Made by a program: the position numbers and the translations under genes | DNA from: Vairimorpha necatrix | Taxonomy: Eukaryota | Direction of reading: 5' to 3' | Assembly: GCA_036630325.1 (NCBI GenBank) | Contig: CP142732.1 | Span: 868,001 to 932,000 of the forward strand | Length of the DNA: 64,000 bases | Notes under the pieces: model-generated | Seen by the model: the letters and a program-made list of their open reading frames with translations, nothing else | Told to the model about the DNA's origin: nothing | Database searches by the model: none | Part shown: piece after piece, positions 19,963-31,717 of the stretch | How the letters are laid out: each line of letters begins with the position of its first letter | Position numbering within the stretch: position 1 is the first letter of the stretch

Positions 19963-22437
19963 TTAATTTTTAATCTTTTCTACTGCTATTCTTAATTCTG
20001 GATTCTTAGACTTCATACACTTATTGTAAAATTCTTCAATCCATCTTCCTTCTAAATCATAATTTCCTCCAAAAATGGACTGTAAATCTTTTATTAAATT
20101 TATTATTGCTATCAATGTCTCGTCACTATTCTCATCTGCTAATAATTTCCTTATTCCTTCTACTAATTTAAAAAGTATTTCTCTGAGCTTATTTGATTCA
20201 CAAGTAGCCAAAACAATACAATTAAACATTTGTACGACATTATACCGAAGATCGTCTACATATTCCGGATCATTTGATCTTTCTAAACTTAAAATCTGAA
20301 TAAAAATCATCATGGACATTTCCAGATATTGCTCAAAATTAATTTCTAGAGACATGGCAATGTCGCCAAAAACAGAAAGAATTTGTGTCTTCACTTCTTT
20401 GGCGACTTGTTTAGAACTCAGATTTTGTACTAAAAGTGGGATAAATTGAGTAGATAAATGAAAAAAATTTTGAGGAATGGAATTTGCCATACAACCTACT
20501 AAATTGATAGTAGATTTGAGAATAAAAGAATCAAGACATGCGAGATCTCTAATAATAAATGGGACGAAATCTTCAAGATTATTAGAAAAATCTAGAATAT
20601 TAGAAGTGACAGCAATGTAAACTTCCCCAATGGCGGAAGAAAATCGACTTTTTAGTACGGAAATGTAAGAAGGCAATAAAATCAAAGAAGAATCTTTCTT
20701 TCTTTTAGCTGCTACACATTCTGATAAAATAATATAATTTGATAAAACATCTTCAATAATCGGCACATAATTGGCAGAAGCCTTGTTAATTGCAGCAGCG
20801 CATTCGCAAATTTTATTTTGACAATAAACTAGCACATTGTCCAACATTTCAGAATATTCAGAGTCGCCGAGTCTGATTTGTTCAGCCATGGCTGAAAATA
20901 GCGCGACACGAAGAGTCGAATTTTCCAAGGCGACATTTTCTGTAGCGGAAATCAGAATCTTCAAGATTTCTGTGTAATATTCTTTCATTTGTTTGATCGC
21001 GTAATCTCGTAAAGCCATTTGTGTCTCAATCGGAAATCGACCCGAGTAGACTTTTTTAACTTTCAAATTTTGTAAAGAAATAAAAATGGAATTTAAAATC
21101 CACGCCGCAGTGGTAGCAGAAGATTCTTTTAAAATTATAATTTCACAAGCTTGTTGGAGCAAAGAAGTCAAATGTTCAACAACTGCTAAAAAATTAGTCT
21201 CACAAATTTTTGCCAATGCCCAAAGGCAAGATTCTTGGATTTCTAAATCTCTCATGTAAAAAATAAGAATTTTTATAAAATTTACAAGTTGTTGATCACA
21301 TTCCTTTGTAATTACGCTTCCTAATGTAATGGCTCCTATATCTATTCTTTTTTTATCTTCTGAGTTTAATTCGCCTTCTATAAATTTAAAAACAGTATTA
21401 TTGAAAAATATTTCACAGCCATAAATCTCAGAAATCGTCTCTAAAAAATACGCCGACGCTTTGTGCGCATTCCAACTTTGATCATTGTAATCTTCATTTT
21501 TTTTCATTAATCGCAAAATGTTTGGCAATAAAAAATCTAAATTTTTTTCAATGTAATCAATTCCTTTAATTTCAGCCAAAATTGTCCAGAATTCGACAAC
21601 TTGCACAGAAACATTGTCAGATGGAAAATTCCAGAAATTATTAATGTAATTAATAATATCTGGAATCTTATCAGAAATAATCTGATGATTTAGAAATACA
21701 AATCTATTAAGACAAATTAAAGATTTATAAATCAATTTGGGATCTGTGGAAGCTGTGATAGCAATACAATTTAAAAATTTCAATATAAAATTTTCATTTT
21801 TAAAAATTGTAGAAATCGTCTTAAAACAATTCATTAAACATTTTAAACTTGTTTCTTTTACAATGACTGAGCTCTGCTTGAGTTCCAATTTCATTGTGCA
21901 AATATTAAAAATATTTTCAATAAATTGATCAAAATTGAAATTTGTCTCGTCTGACAAAGTGACACAACATGTTGAGACTGCCTCAAACACAGCAGGAGAT
22001 TTAGCTTCTTCTGTGACTTGTTGCTCCATTTTATTAAAAAAATCAAAAGACAAATTATTATTCAATTCTATTCTCGCAATGTAGCCGATTGCGGAACCAG
22101 CTAAATTGTAAATCTTCTCGTTTTGATCTGCGAAAATATTTGTAAGTAAATTTTTCATAATTTCTCTTGTCTCGTGGGCCATTTCGCACCATTTCTGTTC
22201 ATAAATTCCTTGGATTTTCGAATCTGAACTGTGTAGAGAATTTTTCAAAATGATTCCTGCTATCATTTTGAGCTGTACGGGAGTGTTTGGGTCAATAAAA
22301 ATGTTAGTAATGTTTTGTAAGAAAAAACAATAATTTTTAGATTGTAAATCTGTGATTTTGAGTTCTGCTTCTCTTCTGATGGAGTCATCGGGTTGTAAAG
22401 CGTTGTATAAACATTGTTCTATATCTTTGCGCTCCAT
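19963..22437 (-). CDS. KAP95: Importin subunit beta-1
   Basis: IBN_N region (RREAELKI, AGIILKNSL), VEFWTILAE, WNAHKASAYFL, VKTQILSVFGDIA and HEAT repeats. Confidence 0.92.
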   Translation of the reverse strand: MERKDIEQCLYNALQPDDSIRREAELKITDLQSKNYCFFLQNITNIFIDPNTPVQLKMIAGIILKNSLHSSDSKIQGIYEQKWCEMAHETREIMKNLLTNIFADQNEKIYNLAGSAIGYIARIELNNNLSFDFFNKMEQQVTEEAKSPAVFEAVSTCCVTLSDETNFNFDQFIENIFNICTMKLELKQSSVIVKETSLKCLMNCFKTISTIFKNENFILKFLNCIAITASTDPKLIYKSLICLNRFVFLNHQIISDKIPDIINYINNFWNFPSDNVSVQVVEFWTILAEIKGIDYIEKNLDFLLPNILRLMKKNEDYNDQSWNAHKASAYFLETISEIYGCEIFFNNTVFKFIEGELNSEDKKRIDIGAITLGSVITKECDQQLVNFIKILIFYMRDLEIQESCLWALAKICETNFLAVVEHLTSLLQQACEIIILKESSATTAAWILNSIFISLQNLKVKKVYSGRFPIETQMALRDYAIKQMKEYYTEILKILISATENVALENSTLRVALFSAMAEQIRLGDSEYSEMLDNVLVYCQNKICECAAAINKASANYVPIIEDVLSNYIILSECVAAKRKKDSSLILLPSYISVLKSRFSSAIGEVYIAVTSNILDFSNNLEDFVPFIIRDLACLDSFILKSTINLVGCMANSIPQNFFHLSTQFIPLLVQNLSSKQVAKEVKTQILSVFGDIAMSLEINFEQYLEMSMMIFIQILSLERSNDPEYVDDLRYNVVQMFNCIVLATCESNKLREILFKLVEGIRKLLADENSDETLIAIINLIKDLQSIFGGNYDLEGRWIEEFYNKCMKSKNPELRIAVEKIKN

Positions 22438-22696
22438 TGAATGAGGGGGAATATTTTCAAAAATTAAAGACGCGTCTTGTCTACCTCAAGAATTTTGAAC
22501 TAAAAAAATCGCGACTTTAATCAAACGAAGAAAGCATTATTAAGTAAATTTAGCACATAAAACAACTACACTCAAAAATAATGTTCCCTAAATTAATCGT
22601 CAATAAAAAATAGTATAAAATCAATTTAAAGCTAAAAAATATTACTAAGGCTTACTTTGGGCCAAAATTTAATAATAATTAGAATTAAATATTTTT

Positions 22697-25237
22697 TTAA
22701 TTTTGATTATATTTTTTCATTTTAGTAATTAAATGTTCTATTACATCTAATATCTCATTAATATTCTTTTGATCTCCTTCATCAAACATCTTCTTAATTA
22801 TATTCAATCTCTTCCTACACTCTTCATATTTATTTTTTATATCTTCCAATTTCTCAGATACGAAAAATAAAAAATTAGAAAAGGTATTTTTATCATTTTT
22901 CAATGTACTAAAAATTTCCAAATTTTCTTTATATTTTTCTATTAAATAGTTAATTTTATCTTTAAATTTTTTATACTCTTCTTTTCTAATAATATTTAAA
23001 TACTTAAAATCTTTCTGTAAATTAATAATAATTTCTGTAAAATCGTAACATTCCATAAAATATTGAAAAAGTGAAAAATCTTCTTTACCTTTGTATTCTA
23101 AAAATAAATTAAGACTTGATAATTTAAATCCTGAAATTTTTCGACTTCTAGTCGAAAAATCGTGATTTATAAGATTTCCAATGTCTAAAAATATTCTCAA
23201 TATTATTTTTAAATCTTGACTTTCTATTAATTTGTCAAATGTAAATTTAAATTTTTCTAATAAATCTTCTAGTAAAAATATTTCGTCGAAAAATTTTTGC
23301 TCAAATAACGAAATCTTAACTATCTTTTTTACTTCGACTAATTTTGAATATTGTAACATTATTTTTTCTTCTAAAACTAACTTGTTATAATCAGATGTGA
23401 CTAATAAATAAGTCTCTTCGTAGGTGGGGAAGACTTTCTCAAGGCATAATAAATCTTGAATGTAAATGTCTTTAGATTTGGTTTTTAACATTTCATAAAT
23501 ATTTTCCGGATTAATATTTTTTTTACTTAAATGTTTTAAGGCAAGAGATACTAAAAATAATCTTTTTGGATCGATCGTCATATTATTATGGGATTTAGAT
23601 TTAGCTTCTAAATTTGACTTTGAATTTAGCACGCAGAAAAATTTTTTAAATTTTTCAATATCTAATTCGTAATTTACAGTTCCTAAATCCTTGAAAATAC
23701 TTTCATCTTTGTTTGTTATTGGTACCAAGTGCAAATGCCTTATTGATTTATAGGTCAAATCTTCCTTATTCTTAAAATCTGTTTTTTTCTTAAATTTGAT
23801 TTTTGGCTTAATTTTAATTATTTCTTTGGGATAATCTTCGTCAATTATAAAATCTATGATTTTGTATTCTCTATTTTGAATATTTCTATAAAAACCTTCT
23901 TTATTTTCAACTTGAATCGTCGAGTTTTTATTAAATGTCTCTATTTTTGTACTACGAATTTCGCTATTAAAATCGAGTATTGTGTTTTTAAATGGTTTGA
24001 CATTCGTAATTTTTCTATATCCTTTAATTTCCAATAAATTTATAAAATTTTTTGATTCTTCTTCCGTGTAGTTCATCAATCCACAAAAAGTGGATATTAT
24101 TTTATCAAATCCTTGATCTGATAATTTCATGTATATTTCTTCATTCATTTTGTTTTTTATCATTTCATTTATATTTTTTATACCTCCTATTAAATTGTTT
24201 TCTGTAAAAATTTTATTTTCTATTTTGTGTGTATCAAGAAATACCAAATCTAATTTAAAATCATTTGGAAAATTATAAATCGTCATTATATCTTCTTTTT
24301 TGTACCTGTAAAGTCCTTGTTTATAATAAAAAATATTTAAAGGGAATTCAAATATCGTATTTTCTTGATTGTCTATTTCAAATTTTAGACATAGTGTCGA
24401 GTCACCTGACAATTCACAATTTATATCTGTCAAAACAATATAAAAATTGTCTTTATAGATCAATTCTCCGCCATCTTTATTATTAATCAATTTAATAATT
24501 TTTTTATTTTTGTAAATATAAAAATGTATTGTCGCATCATTAAAATTTTCCAATTTCGGATAATTAGAAATTATCACTTGGTGTAATTTTAATATTTCTG
24601 CTTCTTCTGGTTTTTTATTTACTAAATTTTGAAAATATCTTTTATATCTTTCAACAGTATTCAAATTTTTAAAAAATGAAGATAAACATCCAATTTCTTG
24701 TAATATAATTTTACTAGACAAAGATTTTGTCATTTTTATTTGTATACATTCGATTAATATTGCGAAATGATGTAACTTATCATAATCTAATTCTATAATT
24801 ACAATATGATTATCTTTTAAATCTAGCCAAGTTTGTATTGACGAGGATACTTTGTTGTATAAAATACAATCAAAATCAAGATTTTTGATTATTAAAATGT
24901 TTTTTTCTAATTTAATATTTTCATTAGTCGTGAAATATAAAAAATCTTGATTTTTAGAAACGTTTTCTAAATATTTTTTTACTGAATTTAGCGAATTTTT
25001 ATATGAAAAATATTCTGTGTCTGAATCCCAGACAGGACCAATTATAAAAATTTTATCAAATATTTTCCAGATATTTAAACTTTCTTTACATTCAATTTTG
25101 CCTGTAATTTTGAATTTATTGACCTCTGTTTTTATGGAAAATTTTTTAATTTTTTCTAATATTGCGGAACTAGGATAATTTATATAAATTTTCTTATCTT
25201 CTAAATCATTGATTATTTTCTTTGAATTGTTATTCAT
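22697..25237 (-). CDS. Formin (FH2) with an N-terminal PTEN-like/C2 region
   Basis: FH2 motifs LHLVPI, LKIILRIFLDIGNLIN and SGFKLSSL. N-terminal SIQTWLDLKDNHIVII, ERYKRYF and LKLHQVII. Start codon uncertain (25237 or 25339). Confidence 0.75.
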   Translation of the reverse strand: MNNNSKKIINDLEDKKIYINYPSSAILEKIKKFSIKTEVNKFKITGKIECKESLNIWKIFDKIFIIGPVWDSDTEYFSYKNSLNSVKKYLENVSKNQDFLYFTTNENIKLEKNILIIKNLDFDCILYNKVSSSIQTWLDLKDNHIVIIELDYDKLHHFAILIECIQIKMTKSLSSKIILQEIGCLSSFFKNLNTVERYKRYFQNLVNKKPEEAEILKLHQVIISNYPKLENFNDATIHFYIYKNKKIIKLINNKDGGELIYKDNFYIVLTDINCELSGDSTLCLKFEIDNQENTIFEFPLNIFYYKQGLYRYKKEDIMTIYNFPNDFKLDLVFLDTHKIENKIFTENNLIGGIKNINEMIKNKMNEEIYMKLSDQGFDKIISTFCGLMNYTEEESKNFINLLEIKGYRKITNVKPFKNTILDFNSEIRSTKIETFNKNSTIQVENKEGFYRNIQNREYKIIDFIIDEDYPKEIIKIKPKIKFKKKTDFKNKEDLTYKSIRHLHLVPITNKDESIFKDLGTVNYELDIEKFKKFFCVLNSKSNLEAKSKSHNNMTIDPKRLFLVSLALKHLSKKNINPENIYEMLKTKSKDIYIQDLLCLEKVFPTYEETYLLVTSDYNKLVLEEKIMLQYSKLVEVKKIVKISLFEQKFFDEIFLLEDLLEKFKFTFDKLIESQDLKIILRIFLDIGNLINHDFSTRSRKISGFKLSSLNLFLEYKGKEDFSLFQYFMECYDFTEIIINLQKDFKYLNIIRKEEYKKFKDKINYLIEKYKENLEIFSTLKNDKNTFSNFLFFVSEKLEDIKNKYEECRKRLNIIKKMFDEGDQKNINEILDVIEHLITKMKKYNQN

Positions 25238-26193
25238 GCGAGATTGAGACAAAAAATTAAAATTAAATAATTTTAAAACAAATTTTTCAAAAAATTTAAT
25301 TTGTTTATTTTTAAACCAATTAAATTTTTTAAAAACCATAAATGAAAAAATAAAAACATTGTAAGAATCTATTAAATTCTATTTAGTTTTCTACAATTTG
25401 TATATAGGGTTATATGTTTTTAAGTTTATAGAATCCACCATAAAAGCTATATTATAAACTAAAAATAATTATTAGCTTGATAATTTGGTTTTTATTAAGT
25501 TAAATGATCTCTCTCATGGTATTGTATCAAAATTATTTAAATAAATTAAAACAAGAAAAAATTTAATAAGACAGAATAGTCATTTGCTCTAATAAATGTG
25601 AAATTGGCTTTCCTAGAATTACCTTTAGGTCAATTCTTTTACTATTTTCTGATATTCGCACAAGGAATACGATTCATTTAGCATTCCGCCATTGTTTCAA
25701 GGCTTTTTGTATTATTTGTTGTTGGTTATCAAACGTATATTGATTATTCTTCAATTTTGAACGACTTGTTCCGCTTCGCCTTGGCGTTAAAATCCATTTT
25801 AAAGCTTTGTTTTTATATTTGTCAGGATTGTGCTCTTTTTTCTGTATGGTAACTTTTTTAGGCAATAAAATTTGGACTAATTAAACATTCAAAGGGGGTT
25901 TCATATGTTTGAAATAATATTTTTCTATCTGAATTAATTAGTTAATTCAGCTTACTTGTTATATTGTAATATAGTGGTCTCTTAATAAAAAAACAATATT
26001 CTGTAAATCACGGGCCATTTCATTTATTAAGTTTTTTTTTATCTTATTCACTACCAAATAATCTGATCAAATGTTAAACCACTCTAATTTCTTTTTATAT
26101 GTTTTCTCGTTTAAATTTTGATATACATTTGAATTTTCTAATATAAGTTTTTACATTGAAAAAAAAGTATAAAAATTTTTAATTAAATTTTTT

Positions 26194-27252
26194 TTATTTT
26201 AGTAACCTTTCTAATTCTTTTAATACTGAGACATTCCCTTGTTCTTTCCTATATACTTCTGCTTTGGGTCTAATTACATTATTTATAACTTCACTAGATA
26301 ATAGTCCAAGACATTTTACGGCAGCAAGTTGTACAGACTCGTCTTTTTCTTTGTCCATCCATGTCCTGGCGAGGGTATTGACAATCCTAGGCCCCAAAGT
26401 TTTGTACTTAGCGGCGAAATTGTCGTACACATATTTGATAACATCTGATGCTATTAATCTTACTTTATCATCCACGGACTTCCCGACTACGCATGTAAGC
26501 AGCGACGGAAGTATCTGGTGAAGATACGGGTCAATAAAAATAAAATGATTCTTTAAAATACTATTGTACATCATCACGACGACAATCAATTTATCAGAAT
26601 TTTTTAGATTTTGAACTATTTGTTGATTAAAATGATGAATAAAATAAGGAACAAGTTGTTGAATTCCACTTTCATTTTTAAGACATTCTATCGCGATATC
26701 TTCGTCTGTTTCCATTGTCTGGATAATTTTCTCAAAATACATGCTCAATTCTTTAGTCAACATGTGCTTATTATGAGATTTAAGCTCTGCTTCTTCTTGG
26801 TATGTAAGAAGCGTATCCTTCTTTTGATCTGTTTTTTGTATTATTATTGGATTTTGCGCAGTCTGTGGTTGAACTCCTTCTATCGCAAGCCAATGTGACT
26901 GGATTGAAGTATTTAGCGGGATTTTAGGCAAAGGCCGCTCCAAAAATTCTTCGAGATCAATTTCTTCGTCCGGGACATAGAAAATACCAGACGGAAGGCC
27001 TTTAAAGACAAGATTGTCTTGTGGATCATATCCGAAAAGTGGGTCTACATTCCTACTTATAAGTCCATAATTAATGTCATCAATACTCAATTTAGTTCTT
27101 TTACTGGCTAACATGAATTTACTGCCTTCTTGACAAATCTCTTTGATTCGATATTCTAAATCCTGAGACAAGATTCTCAGAGCATCGTCGTCAATATTTG
27201 AGATACCAACAGACTGAGCGTAAGATTTCAAAGTTTCCATGGAAAACAACAT
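26194..27252 (-). CDS. TAF6: TFIID subunit TAF6
   Basis: Histone fold (DLEYRIKEICQEGSKFM), HWLAIEGVQP, GIQQLVPYF and YLHQILPSLLTC. Confidence 0.96.
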   Translation of the reverse strand: MLFSMETLKSYAQSVGISNIDDDALRILSQDLEYRIKEICQEGSKFMLASKRTKLSIDDINYGLISRNVDPLFGYDPQDNLVFKGLPSGIFYVPDEEIDLEEFLERPLPKIPLNTSIQSHWLAIEGVQPQTAQNPIIIQKTDQKKDTLLTYQEEAELKSHNKHMLTKELSMYFEKIIQTMETDEDIAIECLKNESGIQQLVPYFIHHFNQQIVQNLKNSDKLIVVVMMYNSILKNHFIFIDPYLHQILPSLLTCVVGKSVDDKVRLIASDVIKYVYDNFAAKYKTLGPRIVNTLARTWMDKEKDESVQLAAVKCLGLLSSEVINNVIRPKAEVYRKEQGNVSVLKELERLLK

Positions 27253-27382
27253 GAGGGTATAAAAAAAGAACTTAACATAATTAGGAAACTTACTCTTAGT
27301 TTATAAAAAAATTTTAACATGTTTAAAAATTAAATTTTTTAACAAATACTACGATTTTCTAAAATTTAAAATTTTTAAAAAT

Positions 27383-28840
27383 TTATTCGGGTAGTGGTAA
27401 AGGCCCAAGCCCAGAGGCAATTAGCCCTTTAAAATATTCACGACTCATTAAATTTTCCACAAATTCATTCTTACTAAATATTTCAGACTCGCTTTCTAAA
27501 TTCCCGATCCGTACAATTTGTCTAATAATCTTCAACGGCGCATTGGTTTTAAATGCGCTTATGTCGCAATGTGTAAGTGAAACATCGAACCCAAGATTCT
27601 TGAGGGCTGTCAGCATAGATTTAATTTTTATACAATTAGTTTTTAAATTCTTACAAATTGCTCCTATCTCGTAGTACCACATGCTTTGGATCTCTTGATC
27701 TAAAAAATTAAAAATTCCAATAAGTCTTTTATCGTCCATATTTATTTTATTCAGAAGATTTTTTACAAAATCTTCTGAATGTAATTGTTTATTCCAAAAT
27801 GGACCACAAATCTTCATTTTCTTGCAACAAACATCACAATTATTATCATCTGAAACTATAATATTAGTCATTAGATCTTTTAAATCGGTTATTAAGCCAG
27901 AATTATTATCATTAAAAAATTTAAAATTTAAATTGAAAATATTTTTGTGTTGTTTTCTATCTACGCTTTTTGAATTTCCACATGGACACAAATAAAAAAG
28001 TCCATTGTCGCATACTACACGCTTTTCTGATCTTTTTCTTATTCTTACAAACACACGTAAATAAAAATCAAGACTTAAAGAAATCAATGGTTCAATACTA
28101 ATTCCAAATTTAGCAGCATGACGAGATACACAAGATAAAAGTCCCCGCAATGCCATTTCATTCTGTGAAAATCTTTTTAAAATGATTGTTTCGTACTTTA
28201 CGATACATTTACTCTCGTTAGTAATTAAAACTCCTTTATCTGTACTTGTAAAACAAATAAGACCATTGTGTTTTATAGCTCTAAAAGCATTTTCCATAAA
28301 TTCAGAACAACTACCAAATGGGTCAATGTCAATGACATCAAAATAGTTTTGTAGTGTACACATCAGTACATTACAATCAGATTTTATTATATTTGTATTT
28401 TTAGCTTCTTCTCTGATATTTTGAAAATTTTTATCGAAAAAATTTATTTCATTTGGCGGGATGCCATTAAATTGTAAATTATTGTTTATTGTTTCTATAG
28501 CGTTGTCATTTATATCATTAAAAAATATTTGGGAATTTGGTATTTCTTTTAAGTATCTTAAACCTCTAAGTCCTGTAGCTGACATAGCGTCAAGAATTTT
28601 TATATTTTTTTTGTTATCGTCTAATTTTTTTTTATTTTTAAAATATTCTTCTATTACAAGGATGGAAATATCTCTATTGGTTTTCTGTGCTGGATTATAA
28701 AAAGTATTATTTTGTTTTTTTATTTTTGCTAGTCCTTCGGAGATCAAATCGTATTCATTTTCTATATTATAAGATTCGAAATTGTTTCTTTGCTCTTTTT
28801 GTTTTATTTCTTCTTCGCTTAGATTTGTCCTATTATTCAT
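27383..28840 (-). CDS. TRM1: tRNA (guanine26-N2)-dimethyltransferase
   Basis: FYNPAQKTNRDISI, LDAMSATGLRGLRY, DVIDIDPFGS, DFYLRVFV and KTNAP. Confidence 0.96.
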   Translation of the reverse strand: MNNRTNLSEEEIKQKEQRNNFESYNIENEYDLISEGLAKIKKQNNTFYNPAQKTNRDISILVIEEYFKNKKKLDDNKKNIKILDAMSATGLRGLRYLKEIPNSQIFFNDINDNAIETINNNLQFNGIPPNEINFFDKNFQNIREEAKNTNIIKSDCNVLMCTLQNYFDVIDIDPFGSCSEFMENAFRAIKHNGLICFTSTDKGVLITNESKCIVKYETIILKRFSQNEMALRGLLSCVSRHAAKFGISIEPLISLSLDFYLRVFVRIRKRSEKRVVCDNGLFYLCPCGNSKSVDRKQHKNIFNLNFKFFNDNNSGLITDLKDLMTNIIVSDDNNCDVCCKKMKICGPFWNKQLHSEDFVKNLLNKINMDDKRLIGIFNFLDQEIQSMWYYEIGAICKNLKTNCIKIKSMLTALKNLGFDVSLTHCDISAFKTNAPLKIIRQIVRIGNLESESEIFSKNEFVENLMSREYFKGLIASGLGPLPLPE

Positions 28841-29061
28841 TTGGGAATAAAAAATTTTTTTAGAAATTATTTAAATTTCCGAAACACTTTATCACAAATT
28901 TGTTTGTAAATACTTGTTAATAAATAAACGGACAGATTTTTTTAACATGTCTATATTGTAAAAATGTTCTTTAAAATGCTAGTCGCATTGTTTTTCCTAC
29001 TAAAAAAGTAAAGATTATTTTATATATGTAAAAATTTTAGATTTTTTTAATAAATTTTTTT

Positions 29062-30588
29062 TTAATTTTTCTTTTTATTTTCTTCGATAGATGAACTTAT
29101 CTTTTCTGATAAAATTCTACTATAAGTTTGCATCTCTAGAATTTCTTCATTAGATTTTTTAGATAAAATATTAGTTATTTTTTTCGCGAATTCTTCTCTC
29201 GTATTCACGCCTAATTGTTCCCATTGATGCCTGAAAGTATTCGCCGATCTCAAGACCAAGTCAAAAAGTTTGTCATTAATATTTTCTTTAGACGAAATAT
29301 TAGAAAACATGTCATAATTAAAAGACGTGTTACTGCTCATTTTAAGCGGAGAACTGTAAATATAGGGAACAGTAGAATTCATACTTACTGATGACATCAT
29401 TTTCTCTTTAGATCTTTCAGTTTTATTTTTAAAATAAGTCACGTTTAGTTTATTGTTGTCAATAAAAAACTCGTTGCCTTTTTCAATGGCCAAGAAAGCT
29501 TCGTCAGAGGTTTCGTAACAAACATAGGCGTATTTTTTCTGCTCGTTAATCGCGTCCACGCCAATAGAAAGTGAAATTATTGTACCAAATTCGCTAAATA
29601 TTTCGAAGATGTCATCTTTCTCAATAAAATTGGGAATATTGGTGATATATAAATTTCTTTTTATATGTTGACCTTCCAAAGTTTGTTGTTCAAATGACTT
29701 TTTTAAATGTTCTTCCCTTTCTTCCTTTTTTTGTGCTTTCTGAATGTAAAATGGCTCGTATTTCGCGGCATTTGGACCTTCTTCCGGTTCAAAAACTTGT
29801 TTACCGTGCAAATCTTCAATGGCGGCCAAAGCAGATTCGTGATTTTCAAAATTAGCGAATGCAAATCCTTTAGAAACAGTGGTACCATTTTTAAATGGGA
29901 AACATAATGACGTAATATTTCCATATTTACTCAAAATTGTCTCCAATTCTGATTTCTCTAATTTTTCCGGAAAATTTTTTATAAAGCAATTTGTGAATTT
30001 GGGCTCTGGTTTTACTGCTTCTTCTTTGGAAGCCAAGTCTTCTTGTCTTTTTCTTTTTTCTTTATCAAATACTTCTACTTGTATAACTTTATCATCCAAT
30101 TTTCCACCATCACAATGTTTTATAGCCAATTTCGCAGACTTTTTTTTATCGAATTGGACAAATCCATAATTTTTTGGTTTTCCATCAGCGTAAGTCGCGA
30201 TCTTCGCACTGATAATCGACCCGAAAACTGAAAAAGTATCGAAAAGATTTTCATTAGTAAAAGTTGATGGTAAATTTTTTACTATCAAATTTGCTTCCTC
30301 TTTTTTAGATTTTTCGTCAATACATGGTAACACTCTTATTGCTTTTTTATTAAGTCTGAAGTTGTTATATTCTTTAATAGCCCTTTCAGCATCTTCTTGG
30401 TTACTGAAAGTTACAAATGCAAATGACGAAAGTGGCTCAGTTCGTTTTTTGAGTCTAATTTTTGATACCTCTCCAATAGTAGAGAATATTCTAAATAGAT
30501 CTGATTCCAATGTTTTAGGAGATAAATCTCCTACATACACAGTTGAAGCCGACATATTTTGTTCACCAATGTTTTCTTTTACGTCCAT
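29062..30588 (-). CDS. PAB1: Polyadenylate-binding protein (4 RRMs plus divergent MLLE)
   Basis: VYVGDL, FAFVTF, YGFVQF, KGFAFANF, KAQKKEER, NLYITNI and AKKITNIL. Confidence 0.93.
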   Translation of the reverse strand: MDVKENIGEQNMSASTVYVGDLSPKTLESDLFRIFSTIGEVSKIRLKKRTEPLSSFAFVTFSNQEDAERAIKEYNNFRLNKKAIRVLPCIDEKSKKEEANLIVKNLPSTFTNENLFDTFSVFGSIISAKIATYADGKPKNYGFVQFDKKKSAKLAIKHCDGGKLDDKVIQVEVFDKEKRKRQEDLASKEEAVKPEPKFTNCFIKNFPEKLEKSELETILSKYGNITSLCFPFKNGTTVSKGFAFANFENHESALAAIEDLHGKQVFEPEEGPNAAKYEPFYIQKAQKKEEREEHLKKSFEQQTLEGQHIKRNLYITNIPNFIEKDDIFEIFSEFGTIISLSIGVDAINEQKKYAYVCYETSDEAFLAIEKGNEFFIDNNKLNVTYFKNKTERSKEKMMSSVSMNSTVPYIYSSPLKMSSNTSFNYDMFSNISSKENINDKLFDLVLRSANTFRHQWEQLGVNTREEFAKKITNILSKKSNEEILEMQTYSRILSEKISSSIEENKKKN

Positions 30589-30831
30589 TTAATAAAAATA
30601 AAGGGCTTATAATTTTTTTATTTTATTCTCAAATTTTACACGAAGTTTCAGAAAAATTTAGCGCTAAAATAAGAGTGGTAAATAAAATTAAAAATGAAAA
30701 GTGATTTGCAAATTTAATATTTCTTTGTTTTATAAATTTGAACATTTTCAAACTCTAGTTTTAAAATTCTCAGACTCTCGTTTTAAAAATTTTAAGATTT
30801 TTGTTTATTTTTTACGAGGCCCATGTTCGTT

Positions 30832-30973
30832 ATTTTATATTAGTTTTATAATTGTTCTTAATTTATTTATTAGTTTTTAAATTGTTCTAATTTTATATAT
30901 TAGTTTTAAAATTGTTCTTAATTTATTTATTAGTTTTTAAATTGTTCTAATTTTATTTATTAGTTTTTAAATT
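30832..30973. repeat. About 30-bp tandem repeat, about 5 copies, with 60-bp higher-order period
   Basis: ATTTATTTATTAGTTTTTAAATTGTTCT(T)A units in the divergent PAB1/DnaJ promoter region. Confidence 0.8.
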
Positions 30974-31069
30974 AATTTTTTCTCCTTTGTTTTACTTAGT
31001 CTCCTTTGTTTCGTTCATTTAATTTGCTACATTTGGTTTTAAATATATTTTGCTCCGTCTCTTCCCCTT

Positions 31070-31717
31070 ATGAATTATAAAGAAGAAGGAGATAAGCAAC
31101 TCTCTGCTGCCAACTACTTAGAATATTACAATGCTTACAAGAAATACCACCACAAAACTCAGACCGAGAAATCCGCGCAAGAATTAAAATATGCCAAGAA
31201 AAAACTCGAGCTTTACAAAGAACTCTGCGAATTTTTAAAAAAAGACGAAAACAAATATTACGAAGTCTTAAATGTCAAGAAAGACGCCACGGCGAAAGAA
31301 ATCAGAGATTCGTTTACGAAGTTAATAAGTAAATATCACCCCGATAAGACTAAAATTAAAGAGTCAAATTCTGTCTCAAGGATAATTCATAAGGCTTATG
31401 TCGTACTAAGCAATCCGAAGAAAAGACAAGAATATGACGACAGTCTCAATAAAATTTACACGCCGAGATTTAGAGTAAGAGAATGGGAATTTACCAATCA
31501 GCCTTATGACATATTTAGGAATAATGACTACTCTTATAGGTATGAAGGCTATAATATATTTGAGAATGAAGATTACACAATTATAAATAATATTTTGTAT
31601 AGAAACTTCTTTAATTATAGAACAAATAGAAGATTGACAAGAGCCAGATGGGATGAACAAGTTTACTTAAAATTAATAATCTTTTTGTTACTGAGCTATT
31701 TTATTTTGTGTGTTTAA
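31070..31717 (+). CDS. Membrane-anchored J-domain (DnaJ) protein, DNAJB12/Hlj1-like
   Basis: YYEVLNV, YHPDK, AYVVLSNPKKRQEYD and a C-terminal TM segment. Confidence 0.88.
   Translation: MNYKEEGDKQLSAANYLEYYNAYKKYHHKTQTEKSAQELKYAKKKLELYKELCEFLKKDENKYYEVLNVKKDATAKEIRDSFTKLISKYHPDKTKIKESNSVSRIIHKAYVVLSNPKKRQEYDDSLNKIYTPRFRVREWEFTNQPYDIFRNNDYSYRYEGYNIFENEDYTIINNILYRNFFNYRTNRRLTRARWDEQVYLKLIIFLLLSYFILCV

Noticed and set aside
25674-25890. Basic 63-aa ORF with a TTG start and an upstream CCCCC-ATG
   Set aside because: The ATG frame stops after three codons and no consensus intron repairs it. At most a small pseudogene.
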